Translations under genes and position numbers: made by a program
From: Phoronis australis
Taxonomy: Eukaryota; Animalia; Phoronida
Direction: 5' to 3'
NCBI GenBank assembly: GCA_002633005.1
Contig: NMRA01000366.1
Span: 60,222 to 124,221 of the forward strand
DNA: 64,000 nt
Shown: positions 14,201 through 26,200 of the stretch, piece by piece
How the letters are laid out: each line of letters opens with the position of its first letter
Numbering within the stretch: position 1 is the first letter of the stretch
Notes under the pieces: model-generated
Databases searched by the model: none
The model's input: the letters and a program-made list of their open reading frames with translations, nothing else
What the model was told of the DNA's origin: nothing

Positions 14201-17200
14201 TTACTGCCTTTTCAGAGACGAGTACAGGGGTTACAGTTAACGATTAAAGACTTCAAATATATTGGTGCATGGGACACGGTTGATGGTGACCCTGTGGTCA
14301 GAATTTTCTTGTAACCTTAAGAACTGCCTACGCAGTAGAAATGTTTTCCCAGCAACGGTTTTAAGTCGTTTTTAGCATGATAATGCAAATCAAATCTTTC
14401 AATAAGAATTTTTCTTGTTATACTTGAAGTACGGCTTCGTACTTTCAGCTCCGAACGAAAGTTTTATGTAAATCTTAAGCAAAAACCGCTGATCTTGAAA
14501 TTTATTTGCATATTTCCCAAGAAAGACCTGCGAAATCTTTTGAGTAGATCCCACTGCACACATCACCCTGTTTACTGGATGTTATTTGTGTCTTTTATCA
14601 TAATATCGCTAATGATAATTTTGCTGTTTAGCCAGTCAACAGCAACCAGTGTAATAGCTACTATTGATCAAATCCAACCTAATTGAATAATTTAATAGCA
14701 AGCTAGCCTAAAGTGTTTGCCAGGGATCTCTTGGGCCTAGTGTGTTGGCAGAGGGCTGTGGAATACTCTACGTCATTCAGCCACTGGTATTTTCAATAGA
14801 TCTGAAATTCATTCATGAAAATGTTGATCTGCCAGTTGTTGGCTGAGATCAATTATTGGGTCAGTAATCATGGTAATATTTGTTCTAAATAAAATGCTTA
14901 CAGTCTGCTTTAGTATTTGAAAATAGGACGAATGCCAAAAATGCTCTGTGTCGTTATCTTCAGAATCTAGAAAATTCAATTTCGGCTTGAATTATGATGT
15001 TCCAAATTTTAGAGACTCAAATTTTAGAGATTGCCCAAACTGGAGAATTTTTACCGTAACTTGTAAGACGGCAGATATGAATGCTGTTTATACACAAGAA
15101 ACAATTGTCAAGTTGCAAGTTGCTGCGGCGAGAGTTGCTCAACTTCATTTGGATGTACATGACATTAGATCGCATACCACATCAGCCCGAGACATTTACA
15201 CAAAGACTGTGTGCGTATTCCCTCATAAATAATTGCGAACATCCAAGCCACGTGGAATCACAGCGGATCACCTGTATCTACGTTTTGGCGCTAGTGTATC
15301 AGAAGTGATCTCTTCGATCTTTGCTCCAGTTTGTGTATAAACTGGAGCAACTGATAGAGTGCAACCAATGCTCTACCTCTCGAACCGGTGTCAAAAATGG
15401 CTGCCGCGGTGTTAACTTGCTCCGTGTCAGTCATGTTTATGCACACATTTGCTCCCGATCAGCTGTTCCGTGTTACTTGCTGTGTGTCAACTGCATCTTG
15501 TGTAAATGCAGCGTATGACTCCTTGATTGTTCCTTTTAGCCTTCTGATAAAATTCTTCAACTGAATGTGGTATACAATATGTAGAACAAAAGTTCCAATT
15601 CGTACCAATTTATATTTGCTGCATTCACATTCCTTATCAGGTTATGCGATGTCGAATATGTAACTCTTGGCTTGAGTTCATCCTCAGTATTTCTCATCCT
15701 ACTGTGAATTGTGTGCGTGTTTCAATATTTGCCTGGTCATTAGCGTTTACTAGTTTCACAGGTAGACGGAACTGTCTGCTTTTACACAATACATTATTGA
15801 GGGAGTGGTTTTGACTGCTACATAAATATTTGATGTAAAATTGACATCAGTTCCTGATGTGGCTAAATAATGATAGATCATTTCGAAATCCATTGGTTTT
15901 ATCCGTTGTGAACTGAACACCAACAGCTTTACAGATTTGATAGAGGCAGATCCTGGATTTTGGGAGAACCCGGGTATGGATTGAATAACAATAGGGGCTT
16001 GACAGTGTTAGGCAGATTCAAAATTTTGAAAGGATTGGGTTGTGGATTGAACAACAGCAATGGCTTGATGGATTTGATTGACGCTGATCCAAGATTTTGG
16101 GAGGGCCCTGGTATGGACAACAATGTCTTGACAGATATAGCAAAGACAGATCCAGGATTTTGGGACGGCACGCTTGTGTAATGAAATATACCACTGACAT
16201 AACAGATTTGACTGTGGCAGATCCAGGATATTGGGATGGCTGGAATTTGGGTTGGTGTGGTACATGGAATAGTAGGTGGGATGAAAATGACATCAACACA
16301 TGCTGAAGTTTGAGAGAATGCTTTGACCTCCCAACTGTTCCCCGTCATCTATTGCCAGTACAGATTCATTGCCTCTGTAGGTTCTTTGCCAATTACCAAC
16401 CCATGAAATTCTACTATTTTTTCAAATCGTCACCAATACTACTATAAGCACTGCAGATCATTTGTTGCCCGAGCATGTGGTACTGTACTTAAAGTATAAA
16501 AGTTACACTGTCTTGTAATGACTTCAGTATCCTTTTTCTACCAAAGCCATTCTGAAGGGTTCAACCAACTTAGCAGTCTATTGGTGCTTTGGTTCACCAA
16601 AGCTTTGCCAAAACTTCGCTTGCCTTTCTGACTTAAGACAGCGATATCAAAGTTATCACTAGATGGGGATTCAGTCATTGGAGTAGACACCAGACTGCAG
16701 TTCATTGGTATTCTCAAACCAATATTGAGAAGTGGGTTCGAGGCTAACTGAGATTGGTCTCCTGCCATTTACGAGTGTTTATGAAAGTGATCAGTGTCAT
16801 TCTTTATCAATGAGATATGCTTCCTTTTATTTATTTACGTGTGTCTATTGAGAGCGCCTTGGCTACGTTACAGTAACAAAGATCAGGTTTTGCGAGTCTT
16901 CCGTGATCATACATCGTCGCTACCTCTACTGCTAACTTAGGCAAAACTTCACTTTTAATGATCATTCCCATTACGCTGAAATTTTGGCCAGTACCGAATC
17001 TTCTCTTACCTTTTAAATGCTACTATTGTAGTGAAGTTGCGTTTGCTATTTAATCACTGGAGTTAAACTTTCCCACTTAACGAAACTTCGGTAAAAGCAG
17101 AGTTTCGCCTCAAATGAGAAAGCACCATGTGCTGACACTCATCAGGCACTGGGAGTTGGTAGGATTATTGGCCCAATAAGATGACGTCTAATTGACCTAT

Positions 17201-20200
17201 CGCAAGCTCCGTCTCCTGTGAAATGTCAACAAACAAACAAAAAGTTTTACCCGGCAACGTGTTATGTATCAGATAAAATGCGGGCTTGGAAACTAAGGTT
17301 TGTCAAGAATGCTGCGTTCTGATTGATCAGTTAAGCCGTCACTCAAAATCCTGGCGATGGATCAATTCGGGAAAATGTGTTGATCATTTGTCTCTCGATG
17401 ACGTGAAAAAAAGAATCACTACGTTTTGTTGGAGGCAGACGTTTCGGCCTGGTCCGCCAGGCCTTTGTCGATGACTGAAGTATTTCGCTGTTCGCTTGGT
17501 AAGGGGCATAACTGCACACCATGGTCCCAATTCTAAAGGGGGCACTGGGTTCTGATTTTGATGGACTCCTTGATTTTATGGGCATACCAGTTCTGTTCCT
17601 TGTCGATGATCTTGGCGGAGGCAAGAGAGACAGAATGTCCAGTGTCCAAAGTATCTTCACCTACAGCTAACGGTCTGTCGATTTTTTTGTGTTCTTTGAA
17701 TCTTCTTCCAAGTGATCTTTTGGGTTCCCCAATGTAATTAGGATCCTCACAGGTAGGCTGGTAAATGACACAAAATTGTGGTCAATTGTAAATCTGCCAC
17801 GGTGCCTTGGAGCTGGTTTGCTGCTAAGTGAGTGGTATATATTTTTAGCAGCTGTTGAGATCATGAGATTGAATATTTCGGATCAATACCTACTTATGAC
17901 AGATTATAATCATACTTAGCAAAACAATAAATTTGTGATTTGCTCAGCCTTTGCTGGTGTTCTGTCAAAATTTGTTTATTTGCCTCGATTTTTTTACTCA
18001 GGTGCCTCAACATTCAATGTAGACTGTTGCCAACTTCGCATCACCTGTGAAGGGCAGGACATACCCACCCCCACATATGGATTTTACCGTATTTGGCGTG
18101 TTGGTGTTATGCATAACATTGAGCCCTGCACAAGAAACTGTGTGACATTAGATTTGGAATGTTTGATTTTTGGCATTGTAAGCTCATTTGGATGCATGCA
18201 ACATATTTGTTAATTGCCTCTTTGCCAACAGCTCAAGAAAAATGGAAATGAAGAAGGTGTTCTTGGAATTTCACACTCTTATGCTTTATGTATGCTTAAT
18301 TTCTCTTTGCTAGCCTGTCATTTCGGCCACGCTTGGCTCAAAAGTAAGTCACCGTAGAGCCCTCGGTCCCTGTAATCCCATCCCTTAGTGCATGTAATCA
18401 AAGTTGGTCTTATAGTCTAAAAACTGCTATTTGTTTTGAGTGTTAGTGTCTTGTTTATTTTTAACCCCAACTTATTAGCAATTAGAGGTTCAGGTGGTGG
18501 TATTAGTGAGACTTATGTCTGTCTGGATAAGGGTAGTTTGAATAGAAAATTAACCTGGATGTTCGATCTAACCCCGTTATTGTGTGAAACCTTCAGTGTC
18601 AGCATCCCAGAAGTAGGTCAGTTATGTTGGGTTCTTATGGTCATTGGGTTGCATTCTTTCTTCAAGAGCAATAAATTTGTCACAAAGAAAGATTATTGTA
18701 ATCCAAGTTACATTGCAGTCTTTGATTGTTTTAAAGATACTCTGTCCGCTTTTTCAGATGAAATTGTGTAAAAAGAGTTTGATTACTAACCAATCTTAAG
18801 TTTAAACTGATTCCAAAATTCTGCTCGGTCAACCAAATCAAATGTTTTCGAAGTAACTGTAGTTGAATAATCCGATTTTGAACTTATTTTTTCAATTGGT
18901 GATGGTACACCATACAAATGAAGCACATTGATTTTAATGTTTGAATTACCAGTAAGTTCAGCAAACATGCGTGGCTGTAACTTGCAAAGTTTTCCTAATT
19001 TAGTTACGTCTGGACTCATTCTGTGTTTTAATCAAATAAAGGTGTGTCTTTAAAAAGAGCAACCTTGCTGTCCTTGAAAATCTCTAAACATTCTGGTTAC
19101 TTCGTAACAATAATTGTTTTGAGAGGTATTGTTATCAGATAATATTTTGTGGTTGGTCTTCCCCCTTGTTAAGCGGATTACGTGGCCACGCATTGTATGT
19201 TGTGTAGGTGATGAATTTGCTTGGTTTCAGTTCCAAGTAGATTTCTGCGTCTTAATTTTGCAGAAAATCAAATGTGAGGTCATGTAACAAAACAAACTTT
19301 TTGTGGTTTTTGACAAGTTTAACACTGCTGCTGTATTTCTCTACTCTGGTTATTGTATTTTATGGTCTTCAAAAGATTGAGACGGCTTGAAAATTATGCA
19401 TGTTCTTATGTTTCAATAATTGCACTTGATAATACTATATTTGGTATGCTAAGCGTGGGACGTTACTTGTATAATATATCGTAATCCACAAACAGGCTGT
19501 GCAAACGGAACAGCTTGTTGACCCAATTATTCAACTTGTGCAGTCTTATCAAAGCTTATGAAATTATGACTATTGTACATAACCAACGGTGCTCATTTAG
19601 TCAGCACATGTTCTAGTATCAGATGTTTTGCCACAAATCATGGACACGTGTGAAGAGTATTCAGTGCAAATTACCTGACTTGCATATGTGTTGAGTCCTG
19701 CTTAATAAATAAATGTATGTGTTGGATCTGATGTAAACGTTTAAATGAAAACATGCACATGCTTTCGGGGACCAAAAAACTTTTAACTAAGGTGACTGAA
19801 GTTTGAAGAGGTTTAACTAGGCAAGAATGAACTCCAACTCACTCCCTACAAGTACTTACAAGCGCCTTATCTTGCAACATCACAACAAAGCCTGAAACAC
19901 GCATGTGTCCCAACATAATTGTGAGAATAGTTGTGAGCCCGGTATGTGCAGTCCAGCCATAATTGTTCCCATATTAAGTACTACTCTTTAATGTGTTGTG
20001 GCTTGGTTTCATACTTGCTATGAAACTGGCAATATCAGTTTGAATTGACATCCTCCCGTTTACCGTTTCAGACTGTATGGGCGTGCAATTTGTGTCGGAA
20101 GAAGCAGCAGATTGCTGCCAAGACTGGACAATGGTATCATGGTGGTCAAGCGAAGCCGGTCGGACTGGACGTGGACGTTCTCTCTGGCAGTGAAACAGGG

Positions 20201-23200
20201 TCTAATAAGACTGACAATAGTCCGCTTAGCGAGTCAAAAATGCCAACGGACACTAACTTGCGGCGTGGCCCCGATGGGAGACCGATGTTTCAGCGAGCGG
20301 GGAGTCGAGAACTGCGGCGTCAGTACTCTACAGCGGGAGGAGAAAAATTAGGTCCTGATGACCATGTAGACAGGAGGAACTTAAATGGTGGTTCACCATC
20401 GTCAGAACGTGCTCGTTCGATGGAGAGGAGCCACCCGGGTCATGATCCGGCCCTGCGTCCGCGAGATCGTTCAATGCCCCCTGGTGGCTTCAGAAATGAA
20501 ACTGATACCAGTATGCGGCCAAGAGAAAGGTCAGTGCCACCTGGTGGACTTAGGGATGAGAGAGATGTGCCACCGGGTTATCGTGGTCGGCGACCTCCTG
20601 ACGGTCGTGGCAGACCTGATACACGTGATATGAGGGACAGAGGTCCTCCTGATAGGGTTGATATGAGGGACAGAGGTCCACCTGATAGAGGTGATATGAG
20701 GGACAGAGGTCCACTTGATAGGGGGGATGTGAGGGACAGGGGTGCTCCTGATCGTGTTGATACGAGAAACAGAGGTCCTGCTGACAGGGGTGATATGAGA
20801 GACAGGGGTCCTCCTGACAGGGCCGATATGCGAGACAGGGGTCTTGCTGACAGAAGTCCTCCTGTTAGAAGTCCTTCTGATAGAGGCCTGTCAGAAAGAC
20901 AAGGGCGACCTGATCAGAGAGATGGTCCCATGCCCCCTGATGGAAGGGGTATGAACTTGCCTCAAGAACTGAGAGGCTCGCGAGGGCGATTACCCAATGA
21001 TAGGTCAGAAAGGGGTGGAATGCTTCCAGACACAAGAAATAGTCCTCCTGGGAGGGAGAGTGTGGCAAACCGCGATATGAGGAGTGAGGGTCCAATTGGA
21101 CCTAACTCGAGGACTGGTCAGGATGGAGGGTCTCCGCAGGAGCCAAGGGGTCAGGAATTCAGGAGGGAGGCTCATGGTGATGGGCGCTCACGACTGCCGC
21201 ATTCGCCTTCCAGTGACTTAAGAGATCGTACTAATCCCAGTAACGAAAGACTGGATCCTAGAGGCGGGACTACCGGCTCTCTATCAGGATCAATTTCCGA
21301 CCTCCGACACAAGAGAGCTACCCAAGAAGAAGGGATTGACGGGCAGGGTCGGTTGGCGTCTGGACTAGGGGCTCCCGATGGTAGACCAGCAAGTGAGGCT
21401 AGAGAGGAGAAGTCTCCACCGGGTCCCCGACCAGAGCCTCGCGAACGATCTACAGAGAGGGGCAGGGAACGCCTGAGGGAGAAACCCCAGGATCATACCT
21501 CTGACAGGAGAGGGTAAGAGTGTGGTGTTGGTCACGAATTGTGGTCTGATTGATTGAAATTAATGTATCACATATGGGCAGAACTGCTTACTTCTACTGT
21601 TGTGTTAAATACATTCAGCTTTGTGTCTGAGGGATTGCGTGAAAACAACTGCACTGTGGTCTCTTTTGTTTTTTCTTGAATTAATTTTATTTGAATTAGA
21701 ATTAAGTGGTCAATATGTTATCGCTAGAGTGCAGCATGAAAGCGTTTCGATATTAGGCAAAAATCCAAGTACAAATTGGACAGAATAGACCAAAATATTG
21801 TAACAGATTTCTCACTGCACATCATAGTGCCCGACACAATGTCTGTCTTTTAAAAACGATGTTAAGTGAGCATTTTGTTATGATATTTTGTTCTATTCTG
21901 TCTGACTATTTTACCTATTAGCTTGATATTTGCCTGATATCAAAATGTCGTTTTACTCTAGCGTTGTTTTTGTTTCCTACTTCTGCTTTCTAATTTGGCC
22001 AAAAGCTAATTCATCTTAGTTTGCATATGGTATATACTGAGCAGTAAAAGTGAAATTGCGTTCTCAGATCCTTTTACGTTACTTCCAGTGATCAGGGCCG
22101 TAACAGGATGGTGGATGACGGTAAACGAGATGACCTGAGGAACAAAGAGCAAGTCAATGACATTGACCGCCGACGGGACGCATCAAGGGATCGCAGATCA
22201 GACAAGTCACCCCCCATGCAGCACAAAAAGGACAAATTGCCCACATGCAAGTCACCAGGGATCTCGCCGACCAATCACGTTGATCGGTCAATCACTGATA
22301 AGTACATTGATCAAAAGGAATCTCAGCGAATGGATGATCTGGACAATATCGACCGCCATTTGTCGGCAAAGCCTCCACCAGCTCCTAGATCTGAGCAAAT
22401 CTCTAACGATCACGTTCGACCTGATCGGGACTTAGGAAAATCTCAAAAGGGCGAGAACACGAACAGTTCTTCCAATATGCAACACTTAGATCCGAGCTCG
22501 GCGGTGACGCGCACGTCACGCAGCAGTAGACGCAGTAAAATGGAGACCATGCTGCGCAACGATTCTCTAAGCTCTGATCCGTCAGACTGCGTGCGCCCAC
22601 CGCCCCCTCGTCCCCATAAGCACAACCCTCGAAGTAAAAAGCTGCGGCAAGACTCGCTGAGCAGTTCAGAGGACGAGATACGATCAACTCCCGAGCATAC
22701 GAGTTGTGAAGATCAGGAAAGTGAAACTGTCAGTGAGAGAGGAATTGGTGAGTAACTCCAAGGTTAAGTGGTCAGCCCGTTTTGAGATTTTGTTTCCTTA
22801 AATGATGTTGGTATGCTCAATAGTGTCACAGTATATCTGTATTTGATTTGGGCGTCTAGAGTAGCAAATGCTAGTTAGAAGGAAAAATCTGATTCTGGTC
22901 AGCCAAAATTCACATTAAATTGAAGGTGTGCAAAATAGCCTGTAAAATCGTTATTAATTTGTTTGTATCCCCTCATCATCATTTACGTCTGGAATTTACA
23001 TACTGGGGTGATCGTCAGTGAGGCATTTTAATGAATCTTTGAGATTTTCAATATGCTACTCTCCCTGGCATCCATTAAAACTCCTTGTCCCTGGGGAACG
23101 AATTACAAATAACATGATGACATTTATGGATAAAACAACATATATGGCGCAGTAACTATTCTGTTGCTGATTAGCCTAAGTTACCATCGGATGTAAAGAT

Positions 23201-26200
23201 GTCTGTAACTACATATGTGTTAGTAATTGCTGGAGTCTTGTCATGCAGTCTATCGAAATTGATTTATCATTATTTGATGATTTCGTGTTTGTGAAGGTTT
23301 CCAATGTGTTCAGGCTTACAGATGGAGCTGATACAGGTTAAGCCAAATTGTGAAGACTGAAAATGGGTCGATACCGTTTTCCAAGTTGAATGCTTTGTCT
23401 GGAGTCGGTGGTGGCATTTATTTAGTATTTTTATGAGTTGATCTTATAAAGGTGTCACTGTCCGTATTGCTATTGTTTTACCCTGCTGTTGATTAGATAT
23501 GACAGACGGCAACTTTGGGTAAACAAATTGTGTGGTATTGATGGGCTGTGAGTAGTTGTTAATACCAACGCTTCACTTAAGCCATGAACTTTATTCAGAG
23601 CGTATAATCAACAAGGAAACCATGTGGGCAGATGGGCATAGCAGTCCTGGAATAGGAGCGTGGACCTACTTAAATTGTCACATGCCTGATGACATAACTC
23701 ACCAGAGCTGCTAGCAGAAACCTCCGCCTCGTTGCACAAACAGTCCCAAATAGGAACTCAACTTAGTTCCCTAAATCTTTTGCACATTTGTGTCTTTGTT
23801 TACTTACAAATAATGTTTTGCTCTATTGTTTAATCTTGATCATGAGTTCCTCTTTTACATATATGCTATTTTCTAGTAAATATTTGAAAATTGTGCACCT
23901 TATTTGTATAGTTTGTATAATATTTATAATTCAAGCTGGAGGTTACACTCAGTTAGTATCAAAGCTTCAAATAGATTGAGTGATGAAGACAAACTAGCAT
24001 TGGAAAGTTCAGTCAGTGTTTGCTTATACGTCCACAAAAGCGGTGAACAGTTCAGGAACATAGTTGAGTCGCTATTTGGGACTATTTCAATCGGGCACTG
24101 GAGCCTAAAAACACAACAGGAACTAGGCAAGTAACAGGAAATCCAGGTCTGTTTCGGGAATCATGGGCAGAATTTGACCAAATGGTTTCACTCCTCACAA
24201 CGAGGATTGTTGTTTTGTATAGATGAATCTATTCATGGTACGAAACAACGACAACTGCATGTTTTCTTGTTGATTATACGCCATTGGTTAAAAGCTTAGT
24301 GTGTGATTCCACCTCATTTGTACGATTTGGGAAGCAATGGCCAAAATTTAGGCCGCATTCCGTAAGGCAAGACATTGGCAAGACATTTGTGGTGAGAAAT
24401 GTAAACAGGAAATTTCTCCCATAGTTCAACATTACAGCCTCACTGTCCATTCACTTCAGTGGTGGCCATTTTGCTAGTCTACTCTTTTTAGACTTCAAGC
24501 TTTCTCACGAAACAGTGGCGTTTCACTCTTGTCATTTTGTGCGGTCTTGCTTGATCTCAACTATCTTGTAAGTAACTTGCTTTACGGAACGCAGCCCGGC
24601 CTGATGGCCTGTACGATGTACCCTGAACTTTGAAGAAGCCATTCTCTAGTGTGGCTTGTGATTTCAGCACAAACATACCGGGATCTCGGTGTTCCCGTTA
24701 CTGGCATCGATGCTTACGATGGAAACCTCCGAAAAGACGAGCTAATTGCTGCGAAAATTAAGCGCTTTCTTGCGGTGAGATTTCTCTGCTGACCAAGCCA
24801 CCAGCTGTGCTCTTGGTCATGTTTGCTTATTGCACTTTGGGTCCCCTTCCTTAAGGTCACGCAACCAAAAGATCTTGCCTGTAAAGAAGTATCGGTTTCT
24901 GAAATTCAGATAAATCATATTTTTGGTTGTTCTGTGCCGAGCATGGAGGTAGAGCCCTTGTTTGTTTACCTGAGCATCTTTCTTGTCCCTTCGCATGATT
25001 TGTTGTGCTATGTAAGTTGTTGGTGTTGATCCCAATTGTGGCATCTCTGCGAAGTCCAGTCGTATCCCTAGGTTTTTCTCATGATTGTTTTCCCCGTATG
25101 TGTCTGTGTTGTAAACGTCTCGAGATGACCAGATGGCCAGTACCAACAACTGACATGCATGCCCCTCCCCCAGTGTTTGTTATGAGTTCCCCTGGCTAGC
25201 ACCTTTAGGGGTCTATTTCCTTTCTAGGCGAGCTAGAAAGTTATGCGCGGCAGGGTGGTAGTACCAAACATGCCTCGCCCCTCTCCGCCGCCATCACCAG
25301 CGGCGGCGTGCGCGCCAAGAACTTTGTCCGATTCGGCCGCGGGCAGTCAACAGACGAGGACTGGGGTTGGTCTCAGATCAAGGATTCTGGGATTGACACG
25401 GGCTTGTCGGGAAGCAATCAGACCCTGAATCAAGAAGAGATGCTGAAGGTACAGTACCGACTGCCCCAGCATTGCTTTCTAGGTCTATCCTAGTGGTCTC
25501 CAGGGCATAGGGGTTGTCGCCAGTATCCATTGGGGCTGCTGTCGTTTGCTGTGCTCCCACTGTCTCTCACTCTGTTCCAATATTGTAGTGGTTATGTATT
25601 TTTGTGCGAGCTCACCGATGCGAGTTTGTAATTATGTTTTTTTAACCCTAGATGAGAAAAAGGTGGTGCTGTGGCCGTATGGCAATGCTTGATACAAAAA
25701 ACAGGCATGATATGTGAGGTCACGTCAGTACGATTTGCAACCTGCATTTTGTATTTGGCTGTAGACAACATCTGGAAACTGTTAGAAAAGGCAATTAAGT
25801 TAAAACTGGTGCAGCATTGTGACACTCCCAACACCTAATTTGAGTACCAATTTGAAAACTGTCACAAGTTTTTAGCAAGGTAGTTCAGTGTTTGTCTCCT
25901 CCAGAACAAGTTTTTTCCGTCTAGATTTTGGCCACGCCAGAGATCTGTAATTAACGGGAGGATGTACCCCAGTCGTCGGTGTAGCATTCAGTTAATTGTG
26001 GCCTTGTTTTAGTGCATAGGAGTCCGTCAAAGTGTTGTAACCAGCCTCCAATGGATACCGCGACTAAGTTATAGTCATTACCCCGTGTGATGTAGTTATC
26101 TTCTTAGTGATACCTATGTACGTTACATCAAGCTATATTTATTCCATCTACCTGCTTGCCTTCCTGCCCTTTGTTATTGTGTTGTTTTTACCCAGCTGCT

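Noticed and set aside
18786-19019. Reverse transcriptase remnant (SKTFDLVDRAEFW on the minus strand)
   Set aside because: A single short motif resembling the LINE SKAFD.V block, with no recognisable flanking RT motifs. Too weak to call.
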